This document shows, piece after piece, positions 10,142-20,086 of a DNA stretch of 64,000 bases. The translations under genes and the position numbers were made by a program. Numbering within the stretch: position 1 is the stretch's first letter; the number at the start of each line of letters is the position of its first letter. This stretch comes from Aureispira anguillae (lineage in GTDB: Bacteria > Bacteroidota > Bacteroidia > Chitinophagales > Saprospiraceae), in contig NZ_AP026867.1 in NCBI RefSeq assembly GCF_026000115.1, forward strand, positions 2,841,716-2,905,715. Reading direction: 5' to 3'. Under the pieces are notes generated by a model. That model did not search any database. It was given only the letters and a program-made list of their open reading frames with translations, and was not told the origin of the DNA.

Positions 10142-10969
10142 TTATTTGTGGAATGCCAGCAAGGGTAAATTAGTTTGCATGGTCATTTTTTTGGTTACGC
10201 TACCACCAGTAAAAATTTTATCCCACAATGTTTTTTTATGCGTTAACATAGCCAGTATATCAATCTTATTGACTCTACAGAAAGTCTCCAAGCCGTCCTC
10301 TATGGTAGAGGCACTCCATACAGAGTAAGTGACTGGCAAGTCGGCAAAATTTTCCTCAAAAGATTTTCTAAAAGCCTCTTCTTCTTTTTGTTTATACGGA
10401 TAATCCGATGGATTGATGTGTATACAGTGAAGATTTGCTTTAATTGCGGTTGTAATCAAGGCTAATTGAAACAAAAGCTCATTGTCTTTGTCGTCAAAAT
10501 CTGTTGCATAAGCGATGTTTTTGACTCCTTCAAAAGTGGCTCCTGTAGGAATTGCTAAGACAGGGCAACTAGCGTGTTGAATAACATTTGCGGTATTGGT
10601 TCCCCAAACTTTATCCAATGCTTTTCCCGATCCATGCGTCCCCATAATAATCAAATCTGCTTCATTTTCTTCTGCAACAGAAACAATTGTATTTTCAGAA
10701 CCAGGTCGTACCACATAAGAAATTTCAACCTTTCCATCCTCATTCAACGGCGCTCTTGTAGCAGCCTTAAGATGCTTAAGAACTTCTTGCTCCTTTTCAT
10801 TGATAATAGATTGAATCATATCGATCGGATAAGTAGATTCAACATAAGGAGGCCAATACAAATGTACAACCACTAAATCAGCACCAATACTTTTGGCCAT
10901 ATCATAGGCATAATAAAATCCCCAACTAGAAGCCGATGAAAAATCGACTGGCACAATTATTTTATCCAT
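10142..10969 (-). CDS. Universal stress protein with tandem UspA domains.
   Basis: Two UspA-like halves carrying the ATP-binding motifs (GTHGSGK, LAIPTG). Confidence 0.75.
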   Translation of the reverse strand: MDKIIVPVDFSSASSWGFYYAYDMAKSIGADLVVVHLYWPPYVESTYPIDMIQSIINEKEQEVLKHLKAATRAPLNEDGKVEISYVVRPGSENTIVSVAEENEADLIIMGTHGSGKALDKVWGTNTANVIQHASCPVLAIPTGATFEGVKNIAYATDFDDKDNELLFQLALITTAIKANLHCIHINPSDYPYKQKEEEAFRKSFEENFADLPVTYSVWSASTIEDGLETFCRVNKIDILAMLTHKKTLWDKIFTGGSVTKKMTMQTNLPLLAFHK

Positions 10970-11015
10970 AATAGTTCAAATAGTTTAGTTCAAGAATAAA
11001 TTATATCTCACTCAA

Positions 11016-11846
11016 TTATTCGTGAAAAGCCAACAACGGTAATTTAGTTCTCAAAGCCATTGCTCTTGTGACACTTTTTTCTCCAAATAATTTATCCCAA
11101 GCAGAACGGTCATGTGTTAGCATCGCTAGTATGTCAATATTGTTTACTCGACAGAAAATTTCTAAACCATCCTCTACCGTATGTGCACTCCACACATTAA
11201 AAACTACTGGCAAATCGCCAAAATTAGCCTTTAATTGTTCTTCGAACTTGGCTCCTTCTGCCAATTGAGGTGTTTCACTAAACAAATTAACATGGATACA
11301 ATGAACCGTTGAATTGGTAGCAGCAGCTACTACAGCCAGTTGTGCAATAGAATCAATGTCTTTAGAATCAAAATTTGTAGCATAAGCTATATTTTGCGCT
11401 GCCTTGAAAGTACTCCCAACAGGAATCGCCAAAACAGGACAATGTGCTTCTTTGATAACCAAACTCGTGTTGCTTCCCCACAATTTACTCGTTGTCTTAT
11501 CTCCTCCGTGCGTTCCCATTACGATCAAATCAACTTTTTGTCGCTTAGCATAATTCGCAATATCATCTTTCAAACCGTAATCAATATCATAAGTTACGGT
11601 GACACTGGTATCATTTGCACTAGAAATAGGACGTTGAGTTGCGGCTTTCAAATGCGCTAAGATTTCTTGTTTTCTCTTTGGAGCATTGGCTTGCAATTTT
11701 TCTAAAGAATAAGTAGCTTCTGTAGCTGGCGAATACATGTTTACTACTAAAACCTGTGCGCCAATAGAGGCCGCTAATTCGTAAGCATAGTAAAATCCCC
11801 AACTAGAAGAAACCGAAAAATCAAATGGTACTAATATCTTTTCCAT
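11016..11846 (-). CDS. Universal stress protein with tandem UspA domains. It is a paralog of the gene immediately before it.
   Basis: Same architecture, about 45% identical to its neighbour (MEKILVPFDFSVSSSWGFYYAYELA.. against MDKIIVPVDFSSASSWGFYYAYDMA..). I trimmed the start to the ATG encoding MEKIL (CAT at 11844-11846). Confidence 0.75.
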   Translation of the reverse strand: MEKILVPFDFSVSSSWGFYYAYELAASIGAQVLVVNMYSPATEATYSLEKLQANAPKRKQEILAHLKAATQRPISSANDTSVTVTYDIDYGLKDDIANYAKRQKVDLIVMGTHGGDKTTSKLWGSNTSLVIKEAHCPVLAIPVGSTFKAAQNIAYATNFDSKDIDSIAQLAVVAAATNSTVHCIHVNLFSETPQLAEGAKFEEQLKANFGDLPVVFNVWSAHTVEDGLEIFCRVNNIDILAMLTHDRSAWDKLFGEKSVTRAMALRTKLPLLAFHE

Positions 11847-12022
11847 AATATGTATGATTAGAATAAAAATAAAAAAATAACTAAATGTTTTGTTATACAA
11901 TTTTACTGCATTCTATAATCAAATAAAAAGACATTCAACAAGTTGAAAGATGATTTTCATCATCTGATGGCATTCTATCAAATAGAGTTGATACAAACTA
12001 TAAATTCTTTTCAAACCTTACT

Positions 12023-12058
12023 TTGATTTGCCCCCCTTTTGAGGGCAAATTGTATTCT
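12023..12058. terminator. Hairpin (atttgccc / gggcaaat, 8-bp stem) just after the end of the E1 gene.
   Basis: Perfect 8-bp inverted repeat. The flanks are U-rich only on the + strand. Confidence 0.25.
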
Positions 12059-12098
12059 AATTTTATAACTAGTCGCTGAGTACAGCCCCAACTTCGAA

Positions 12099-14204
12099 CT
12101 AATATTCTAATAAGTTCAAAATCGCATCGTGCACCTTCTCAGTAGATGGCAACATTGTTTTTTCCAACACTTGATTTAAAGGAATCGCAGGAACATCTAC
12201 AGCACCTAGCGTACGCACAGGAGCATCCAAGTATTCAAAACAATTTTCTTGGATACGAGCAGCAATACTTTGTGCAAAAGTACAGTTGACGGCTTCTTCT
12301 GTGACCACCAAACACCTTCCGTGTTTTTTTACTGCATCAAAAATAGTAGCCGTATCCAATGGATATAACGTACGCAAATCAATGACTTCTACTCGTCCAT
12401 CCAATTTCTGGGCGGCATTCAAAGCCCAATGGACTCCCATACCATAAGTAATGACCGCAATTGATTTGCCTTGTTCTACTTGTTTTTCATCTGCTTTTAC
12501 TGTAATAGCGGCCTGCCCAAATGGAATCATATAATCCTCGTCAGGCAATACCGTGCGAGCAGTTTCTGTTCCTTTTACTTTTGACCAATACAATCCTTTA
12601 TGTTCAAATATTACAACGGGATTAGGATCATAATAAGCAGCCTTCATCAAGCCCTTTAAATCAGCCCCATTGCTAGGGTATGCAATTTTAACCCCTTTTA
12701 TATTAGCAACAACAGATTCTACACTTGAAGAATGATAAGGTCCTCCGCTTCCATAAGCCCCGATTGGTACTCTCAAAATCATACTCACGGGCCATTTTCC
12801 ATTGGACAAATAGCAAGAACGACTAACCTCTGTAAACAATTGATTCAAACCTGGCCAAATATAATCTGCAAATTGGACTTCAACGATAGGTTTTAAACCT
12901 ACCGCAGACATTCCTACCGTAGAACCAATGATAAAAGCTTCTTGAATTGGAGTATTAAAAACTCTTCCATCACCAAACTTTTGAGCCAAGGTTGCCGCCT
13001 CTCTAAAAACACCCCCTAAACGTCCTCCTACATCTTGCCCATACAACAAACATTCTGGATGTTTGCGCATCAACTCTTCAACCGCTGTCAAGGCACTATC
13101 AACCATAACGGTTGCTTCTGCTCCTTCTGGTTGGCGAGTTCCTGTTTCATTAATAACAGGTGTTGCCGCAAAATCGTGTGTATATAAATCATCTGGTCGA
13201 GGATCTTCTGCGGCCAAGGCACGCTCAAAATCAGCCAAAACCAATTCTTTTACTTCTGTCTCTATCTGCTGAATCGCTGATGATGTAAACCCAGCATCCA
13301 ATAACTGTTGCATCATAATTGGATAGGGATCTCTGCTTTTGTGTTCTTCTAGGTCATCTCTATACCATTCCATCCTAACCCCTGAAGTATGGTGATTAAG
13401 CAATGGTACTTTAGCGTGTACTAAGAATGGGCGGCGTTCTTTTCTTATGGTTTCCAAAACCTCTTTTAAGGCTAGGTAACATTCTGTAAAATCATTTCCA
13501 TTGATTTTTACGGCCTCAATTCCTTTAAACCCCTGAATAAATTCATAAGCATCTTGCGCCCGTATTTCGTCTGCACTAGCAGATATATCCCAATCATTAT
13601 CCTGTACCAAATACAAGATTGGCAATTGTTTTAATGCTGCCATTTGAAAAGCCTCGGACACTTCTCCCTCTGTAACAGAGGCATCGCCCAAAGAGCAAAC
13701 AACAACAGGTTGGTCTGCTACGGTCGCATAATCGACCATTTTTTGCTGTTCTTTATATTGAATTCCCATTGCAACCCCTGTTGTAGGAATGGCTTGCATT
13801 CCAGTAGCTGAAGATTGATGTGGAATTTTAGGCTTGTCATCATCTTTTAAACTAGGATGAGAATAATAGGTTCTTCCCCCAGAAAATGGATCATCCCGTT
13901 TAGCCAATACTTGAAGCATCAACTCATAAGGTTGCATACCTATACTTAATAAAATAGAATCATCTCTATAATAAGGAGCAACAAAATCTTGTGCTTCCAA
14001 CTGCATTCCCAAAGCCAACTGAACCGCTTCATGGCCTCTAGATGTTGCATGAACATATTTAGAAGCTACTTTTACATTTGCCTCATAGGTTTCCGCCATT
14101 GTCTTTGCGGTTGCCATCAAACGAAATGCTTCTTCTAATACCGTTTTGGGCATTGTTTGGGCAGTTGTTTTAGTTTTTTTTGTGCGTGTTTTAGTTTTCG
14201 ACAT
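12099..14204 (-). CDS. TPP-dependent 2-oxoacid dehydrogenase E1 component with fused alpha and beta subunits (probably branched-chain or pyruvate dehydrogenase E1).
   Basis: The N-terminal half has the TPP-binding GDASVTEGEVSEAFQMAA..LYLVQDNDW. The C-terminal half is a transketolase-like pyrimidine-binding beta domain. 701 aa fits the alpha/beta fusions common in Bacteroidota. Confidence 0.75.
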   Translation of the reverse strand: MSKTKTRTKKTKTTAQTMPKTVLEEAFRLMATAKTMAETYEANVKVASKYVHATSRGHEAVQLALGMQLEAQDFVAPYYRDDSILLSIGMQPYELMLQVLAKRDDPFSGGRTYYSHPSLKDDDKPKIPHQSSATGMQAIPTTGVAMGIQYKEQQKMVDYATVADQPVVVCSLGDASVTEGEVSEAFQMAALKQLPILYLVQDNDWDISASADEIRAQDAYEFIQGFKGIEAVKINGNDFTECYLALKEVLETIRKERRPFLVHAKVPLLNHHTSGVRMEWYRDDLEEHKSRDPYPIMMQQLLDAGFTSSAIQQIETEVKELVLADFERALAAEDPRPDDLYTHDFAATPVINETGTRQPEGAEATVMVDSALTAVEELMRKHPECLLYGQDVGGRLGGVFREAATLAQKFGDGRVFNTPIQEAFIIGSTVGMSAVGLKPIVEVQFADYIWPGLNQLFTEVSRSCYLSNGKWPVSMILRVPIGAYGSGGPYHSSSVESVVANIKGVKIAYPSNGADLKGLMKAAYYDPNPVVIFEHKGLYWSKVKGTETARTVLPDEDYMIPFGQAAITVKADEKQVEQGKSIAVITYGMGVHWALNAAQKLDGRVEVIDLRTLYPLDTATIFDAVKKHGRCLVVTEEAVNCTFAQSIAARIQENCFEYLDAPVRTLGAVDVPAIPLNQVLEKTMLPSTEKVHDAILNLLEY

Positions 14205-14534
14205 AGTGTTAGATGATTGATTGAATGCACCAAATATACGAACAAGTGTTCGCTTTTTTGTTTTTGCAAGTTAGTTTTTTTCAAAAATATCTCCTAATGT
14301 TAACAGGGCTATGTTTAAAATAGGAACCAAAATAATTTAAAAAAAAGGCTGTATAAGCTGGTATTTGCTAGAAACGTACAATATTTTATTGTAAAAAATA
14401 GTTATAAATAGATACTGTCTATACCAGCCTTCTTTTTCACCACTAATGCAGCTTTATGAAAATACATCCCCCCTAACTTAGCACTTTTTTAAGCCACTCT
14501 GTTCAATCCTTTCTCTTCATAAAAACACCACCTT

Positions 14535-14930
14535 ATGAACAGCTTAAAACATCTAAAAAACCTAAGCATAGGCTGCCTTATGCTGCTGCTATTTTGCGCT
14601 GCTTCTTATCGCATTATTCCTGTTGTATCTCTAAATGGCATGACCAATGGTCCTATAGAGGTCAATAATTTTATTCGCAATACCCATTTAGAAATCACCT
14701 GTCCTAGAAGTCGAGACTGTGCAATTCATACCTATACGATGTATCATATTTCTCTAACCAAAGAGCTGCAAATTATCAAAGGAAAACAATGCGCTTTCTC
14801 TCCTTCTATCCAAGCAGCTATAAAACAAGCTGAAAAAGGAGACAAGTATATATTTATTGGCGTAAAAGTACGCTGCGAAGGAGACGTAAAATCAATTAGC
14901 GTAAATCCTCTCAATTTTAATATCAAGTAA
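14535..14930 (+). CDS. Hypothetical secreted protein.
   Basis: N-terminal signal-like hydrophobic segment (LSIGCLMLLLFCAASY). Nothing else recognisable. Confidence 0.35.
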   Translation: MNSLKHLKNLSIGCLMLLLFCAASYRIIPVVSLNGMTNGPIEVNNFIRNTHLEITCPRSRDCAIHTYTMYHISLTKELQIIKGKQCAFSPSIQAAIKQAEKGDKYIFIGVKVRCEGDVKSISVNPLNFNIK

Positions 14931-15124
14931 TTTTTTCTAAAAAAAGGGCACGAACCAACTTATTTCACTAAGTCATTTAGTGCAGTTGCCTACAAAATAT
15001 TAGAACCATTTTGGGTTTACTTTTTAATGTAAACAAAGACCTATTTAATCTCATCAGAAATCTTGTTCTTGATGGGATTTTTTTACTTTTGCGCCATTAT
15101 TTTAAATTTTAAACTACTAAAAAC

Positions 15125-15649
15125 ATGAAAAATTTTATTCAAGCCACCCTTTTTGTTATTGTAGCATTAGTAGGTGGTCTAATGACATCCTCGTGTGATC
15201 CTTGCGAAGGTACTGTCTGTACGGACGGATACTGTAGCAATGGAACTTGTATCTGCTATGATGGTTATGAAAAAAGTAACAACCAATGCATTCCCTTTAA
15301 TAAGGAATATACTGGTGAAAACATGCAGGGAATAGAGGTTGAAGACAGCAAAATGCTTGTTCCTCCTAGCTCTAAACCCGTTACTTATACGATTGTAGCT
15401 TCAGAAACCGATCCACTCAAAATTATTTTGAAGGATTTTAACAACCTAGCTGGTAATGATGTCACTTTTACCATCAATTCTAGTAAAAGAAACAGGCTGA
15501 TTGAAGAGGGAGTTATCTCAAAAATTGGTCGTTTTTACAAAGTGAGTGGCTTTAAAGAAGAAAATGAAATAAAATTAACATTAATAGAAACTCAAGGTCC
15601 AACTTTTATGCAGACATTTGGTCAGTTTAACCTTACACTACAACAATAA
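15125..15649 (+). CDS. Hypothetical lipoprotein with a short Cys-rich (EGF-like) N-terminal module.
   Basis: Signal peptide plus lipobox (LVGGLMTSSC), then CDPCEGTVCTDGYCSNGTCICYDGY. Confidence 0.45.
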   Translation: MKNFIQATLFVIVALVGGLMTSSCDPCEGTVCTDGYCSNGTCICYDGYEKSNNQCIPFNKEYTGENMQGIEVEDSKMLVPPSSKPVTYTIVASETDPLKIILKDFNNLAGNDVTFTINSSKRNRLIEEGVISKIGRFYKVSGFKEENEIKLTLIETQGPTFMQTFGQFNLTLQQ

Positions 15650-15769
15650 TCTAGGAGATTTAATGCGCTCCAGTTTTGATAAAAGAAGCCCTTTGGAATT
15701 ACTCCAAGGGGCTTTTTCGTAAAACAATATTTTATTTCTAATGGATGTAATCTAAACATTAAAATATAC

Positions 15770-16369
15770 TCAACAAGCCAGCCCCTCCAATAACAAGGTT
15801 GCTATTTGAGTTTTGAGCAAGTCAGGACTTACCTTCCTGCTGGGTTTGTACCAATAATGTAGCCATCGAACAGAAGTTAGAATCGTGTACAAAGCAACAT
15901 TAGAATCAATGTCTTTGAGTTCCTTATTTTTAATTCCATGAATAATAATCTGCTGGAAACGGCTTTCATAATCCTTTCTAAGCTTCAAAAATTGATTTAA
16001 ATTAGATTCGTAATTATCATTCGTAAGATGTTTCCATTCGTCATTAAATACCGTCACAGAAGTAGGATTAGTGATTGCTATGTCCACGTGCAAAGCAATA
16101 ATCGCCTTAATTTTATCAATTGTGCTGCCCTCCATCCGCTCAATAACATCCATGCCATTAATAAACAAATGAGCATTGTCAAAACATATTTTCTGAAGTA
16201 ATTCTTCTTTAGATCCTATGTGACTATATAAGCTAGATACTTTTAAATCTACTCGTTCGGCAAGATCCCTCATAGAAGCAGCTTTATAGCCTTTTTCTCT
16301 AAATAGACGAGCAGCCGCCTCGTAAATTGCTTCCTTTTTACGTTTTTTGGGTTTGTTCTTTTTTATCAT
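15770..16369 (-). CDS. TetR/AcrR-family transcriptional regulator.
   Basis: N-terminal HTH AIYEAAARLFREKGYKAASMRDLAERVDLKVSSLYSHIGSKEELL. Confidence 0.8.
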   Translation of the reverse strand: MIKKNKPKKRKKEAIYEAAARLFREKGYKAASMRDLAERVDLKVSSLYSHIGSKEELLQKICFDNAHLFINGMDVIERMEGSTIDKIKAIIALHVDIAITNPTSVTVFNDEWKHLTNDNYESNLNQFLKLRKDYESRFQQIIIHGIKNKELKDIDSNVALYTILTSVRWLHYWYKPSRKVSPDLLKTQIATLLLEGLAC

Positions 16370-16565
16370 AAATATTAGGTCAGTAGCTTAGTTACGTCCA
16401 TTTTTTTGCATAAATTATTGGTAGCACTAATTATCGTGGCACAAATTTAAGTAAAATTAGGGTGAATAATAAAAAACCATTAGTTTTGCGCTAAACTTAG
16501 GATTTTAGCAATCCTTGCATTGAATATACAATACTTTTTCACACGACTTACAAAAATAAATCAAA

Positions 16566-17222
16566 ATGAAATTTTTTGTTGATACTGCCAACTTAGCGCA
16601 AATTCAAGAAGCCTACGATTTAGGTATTTTAGATGGAGTAACTACCAACCCATCATTAATGGCAAAAGAAGGTATTAGTGGTCAAGAAGCAGTACTAGAA
16701 CATTACAGAAAAATCTGTGCGATTGTTGATGGCGATGTTAGTGCAGAAGTGATTGCAACAGACTTTGAGGGTATTGTAAAAGAAGGAGAAGCTTTGGCTG
16801 CATTGCACCCTAATATCGTAGTTAAGGTTCCAATGATAAAAGATGGAATCAAAGCAATTAAGCATTTTTCAAGCAAAGGTATTCGCACAAATTGTACACT
16901 AGTTTTTTCTGCTGGTCAAGCTATTTTAGCTGCTAAAGCAGGTGCTACTTATTTATCTCCTTTTATTGGACGTGTTGATGATATTTCTTGGGATGGGATG
17001 GACTTGATTGATCAAATTGTTCACATTTATAACTTCTATGGCTACAAAACAGAGGTTTTGGCAGCGTCTATCCGCAACCCATTGCACATCATCAAGTGTG
17101 CAGAAATAGGTGCAGATGTTGTTACTTGTCCTTTAAATGCTATTTTAGCCTTGTTAAAACACCCACTTACAGATATTGGACTTGCTAAGTTTTTAGCAGA
17201 TCATAAAAAAGTGAATAGCTAA
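16566..17222 (+). CDS. Fructose-6-phosphate aldolase / transaldolase of the Fsa/TalC class.
   Basis: [31 protein letters not shown] plus the Schiff-base lysine context (IVVKVP). 218 aa. Confidence 0.85.
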   Translation: MKFFVDTANLAQIQEAYDLGILDGVTTNPSLMAKEGISGQEAVLEHYRKICAIVDGDVSAEVIATDFEGIVKEGEALAALHPNIVVKVPMIKDGIKAIKHFSSKGIRTNCTLVFSAGQAILAAKAGATYLSPFIGRVDDISWDGMDLIDQIVHIYNFYGYKTEVLAASIRNPLHIIKCAEIGADVVTCPLNAILALLKHPLTDIGLAKFLADHKKVNS

Positions 17223-17245
17223 ACGAACGAGTTATCAAAAAGCAT

Positions 17246-17284
17246 AAAAAAGGCGACCGTGTGTTTCACGGTCGCCTTTTTTTA
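17246..17284. terminator. Bidirectional rho-independent terminator between the convergent transaldolase and aldehyde dehydrogenase genes.
   Basis: aaaaaa GGCGACCGTG tgttt CACGGTCGCC tttttttt. A perfect 10-bp GC-rich stem has an A-run on one side and a T-run on the other. Confidence 0.75.
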
Positions 17285-17310
17285 TGCTTTCTATCGATCA
17301 AATCACCTTA

Positions 17311-18726
17311 TTATAAGGACCAATCCATAATTTTCTTTATCCACTTTAGACCCAACTTATAAGGAGCATAGCGAATAGGTTCCTCAACCAAAAAAGAACG
17401 GTGCAAAACAGCTTTTTTGTGTGAAAATAAATCAAAAGAATGTGGTCCATGATAAGCGCCTATACCACTATCTCCTACTCCCCCAAATGGCAAATGCCCA
17501 TTTGCCATATGCATTAGCGTATCATTGATGGTGACACCACCTGCCGAAGTTTCGGACAAAATTCGGTCAATTTTTTTATTGTTTTTAGAGAAGATGTACA
17601 AAGCCAATGGCTTGGGTTTTGATTTAATTAAATCAATGGCTTCTTTTAGGTTTCCATACGTTACAATTGGTAAAATTGGTCCAAAAATTTCCTCTTGCAT
17701 GGCAGCAGATTCTAGCCCTACATTTTCTAAAATAGTTGGTGCGATATACTTGTTAGCACGATCCATTTGCCCACCTTCTGTAATGTCGCCATCTTTTAGA
17801 TAAGCCGCCAAACGATCAAAATGAATTTCATTAATAATTCTGCCTAAATGTTCGCTTTCTTGAGGGTTTTCGCCAAAAAATTGATGGATATAAAACTTTA
17901 GTTTAGCAACCAAAGCATCTTTTATTTTTCGGTCTACCAATAGATAATCTGGTGCAATACAAGATTGCCCACTATTAATAAATTTCCCCCAAATAATTCG
18001 TTTAGCCGTATAATCCAATTGAATATCCGTATCTACAATACAAGGACTCTTTCCTCCTAACTCTAGCGCAACAGGCGTCAAATGTTTGGCAGCAGCCTGA
18101 TAAACAATATTGCCCACTTTAGTGCTTCCTGTAAAGAAAATAAAATCAAATTTCTCGTTCAACAACAGTTGGGTCTCAGGAACAGCCCCTTCTATCATTG
18201 TGATGTATTGAGCATCAAAAGTAGCATTGATCAATCGGGTTAATAAGGTTGAAGTATGTACAGCATATTCTGACGGTTTTAGAATTGCTGTATTTCCCGC
18301 AGCAATAGCACCAACTAATGGCGCTAACAATAACTGTACAGGATAGTTCCATGGAGCAATAATTAGTATATTCCCATAAGGATCTGGTTTGATATAACTG
18401 CTTGCAACATAATGAAAGGGAGGTGTCTTAACCTTTTTAGGTCTTGCCCAAGTCTTTAGTTTAGCAATCGATTTATCAATATCAACCAATACAAAACCTA
18501 TTTCGGTAGCGTAAGCCTCAAATTCATGTTTGTGCAAATCTTTATGAAGCGCATCTAATAAAGCACTTTCATTGTCCAAGATCATTTGCTTTAACTTTTG
18601 TAATTGCTGCTTCCTAAAATTTAAATCTTTGGTGGCATTGCTTGCAAAATAATCTCGTTGCGCTTGCAAAATTGTTTGAACCTGATTTGCCGTCAAGTTG
18701 GAATTGGTATCTGTAATTGTGCTCAT
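17311..18726 (-). CDS. NAD(P)-dependent aldehyde dehydrogenase (ALDH3 / coniferyl-aldehyde dehydrogenase-like class).
   Basis: Catalytic region ELGGKSPCIV .. INSGQSCIAPDY (Cys nucleophile) .. EEIFGPILP. I set the start at the ATG encoding MSTITD (CAT at 18724-18726). Confidence 0.8.
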   Translation of the reverse strand: MSTITDTNSNLTANQVQTILQAQRDYFASNATKDLNFRKQQLQKLKQMILDNESALLDALHKDLHKHEFEAYATEIGFVLVDIDKSIAKLKTWARPKKVKTPPFHYVASSYIKPDPYGNILIIAPWNYPVQLLLAPLVGAIAAGNTAILKPSEYAVHTSTLLTRLINATFDAQYITMIEGAVPETQLLLNEKFDFIFFTGSTKVGNIVYQAAAKHLTPVALELGGKSPCIVDTDIQLDYTAKRIIWGKFINSGQSCIAPDYLLVDRKIKDALVAKLKFYIHQFFGENPQESEHLGRIINEIHFDRLAAYLKDGDITEGGQMDRANKYIAPTILENVGLESAAMQEEIFGPILPIVTYGNLKEAIDLIKSKPKPLALYIFSKNNKKIDRILSETSAGGVTINDTLMHMANGHLPFGGVGDSGIGAYHGPHSFDLFSHKKAVLHRSFLVEEPIRYAPYKLGLKWIKKIMDWSL

Positions 18727-18900
18727 GATGATGAATAAGACTTGATAAATTGATTGATTGTTTGCTACAATAAGACTTTGGTGATTGTTCAATATTGTAT
18801 AATACTATAACCATTTTAAAAGAAAATGGTTTTAATGGAATACCATCCACTAAAACCATTAAGATAACTTATCTCGGTTAGAATTACAAATACTTTAGTA

Positions 18901-19746
18901 CTAAAACCCATAGCTTGCACAATCTGTTGTAAACTCATTGCTAGCAAATTTAGGATAAAGAGATATATTCTTGTATTCATACTTTTCAAAAAGCCCTTTT
19001 TCGTCATACAACATCTGTACAACGGGCATATACGTTTTTTTATCAATATACACAATTACCTTTTTTGCATAGGCATTGGGTACGGTTAAGGTGGTTCCCT
19101 TTTTGATTGTTCGAGTATAAGAAAGGCGATTTTTTTCTTTCATTAAAAAATCAGAAGCAACAATTCTACGAGAAAGTTGCATTAAGTTCTGATCTCGTTT
19201 GGTTGTATAAGAAATATACTTAAACTCCGTAGGTGGTACAATATAGATTTTATAACAAGAACGTCCTTCATAGGTTACATCTCCTTTATAGGTATACAAA
19301 GAGCTCTTTTCTTTGCCTGCTTTTTCTACAGTCGATTCAAAACCATTTAGCAAGGTATTAACAAAGCCCAAACCAGCATCATCTACCGTGTGATGGTTTT
19401 CGGCAACTACCTTTGAATCATAAACACTTAAACTTACGTTAATCCAAGGGAAACCATTGGGATTGATGTATCCTTTGTTGTTGTTCCAGCCAACAACATA
19501 AAGCAATTCTACTCCCTTCTCTAGATCTTTCATATAAACCTTTTTAGGGCTTTCTTGCATATGAAATTTCATTTTCTTATAAACGTACTTATCTCCAAAC
19601 CGCTCTTTTGAGTGTAGTTCAAAAGAAGATTTATTGATTTTACTAATTGCAGTGCGCATTTTCCCAATAATGGTCACAGCATCCTGCGCTGAAACAGAAA
19701 CAATAGAACAAAAGGAAAGTAAGAGAATGGAAGAGAATGATTTCAT
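18901..19746 (-). CDS. Hypothetical secreted protein.
   Basis: Signal peptide MKSFSSILLLSFCSIVSVSAQ. No known motif I can name. Confidence 0.45.
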   Translation of the reverse strand: MKSFSSILLLSFCSIVSVSAQDAVTIIGKMRTAISKINKSSFELHSKERFGDKYVYKKMKFHMQESPKKVYMKDLEKGVELLYVVGWNNNKGYINPNGFPWINVSLSVYDSKVVAENHHTVDDAGLGFVNTLLNGFESTVEKAGKEKSSLYTYKGDVTYEGRSCYKIYIVPPTEFKYISYTTKRDQNLMQLSRRIVASDFLMKEKNRLSYTRTIKKGTTLTVPNAYAKKVIVYIDKKTYMPVVQMLYDEKGLFEKYEYKNISLYPKFASNEFTTDCASYGF

Positions 19747-20086
19747 TATTTGATTAAGTATGTTAGACGTTAACAACCTGCTATTTTTGATTTTTACAAC
19801 AACTACTATTTAACTAAAAAAGCAATTGTCATACATTGACACAGGTCATTGATTTATTGAATTAATTAAAATTAAACCATTCTAAAAAACCGACAGAATG
19901 GTTGGTTTGTTCTTATAAAATACAAATACAATACCAACCCTTTTAAAACTTAAAAACAAGGTATTGTACTCCACTAATAATAAACCTATTACAGCCTATA
20001 TTCATTTAAATCAAACGAGTCTAGATAAAGCAAGTAAGTGCGCATTCATCAATTGGGTACACTTACTTGCTTCTAGTGGTTATAAA

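Noticed and set aside
18614-19055. Two ~80-aa ORFs in the spacer between the aldehyde dehydrogenase and the secreted-protein gene
   Set aside because: They arise only if the neighbouring genes keep their unrealistic TTG/GTG-extended starts. After trimming to the ATG starts the region is a normal intergenic spacer, and the translations look random.
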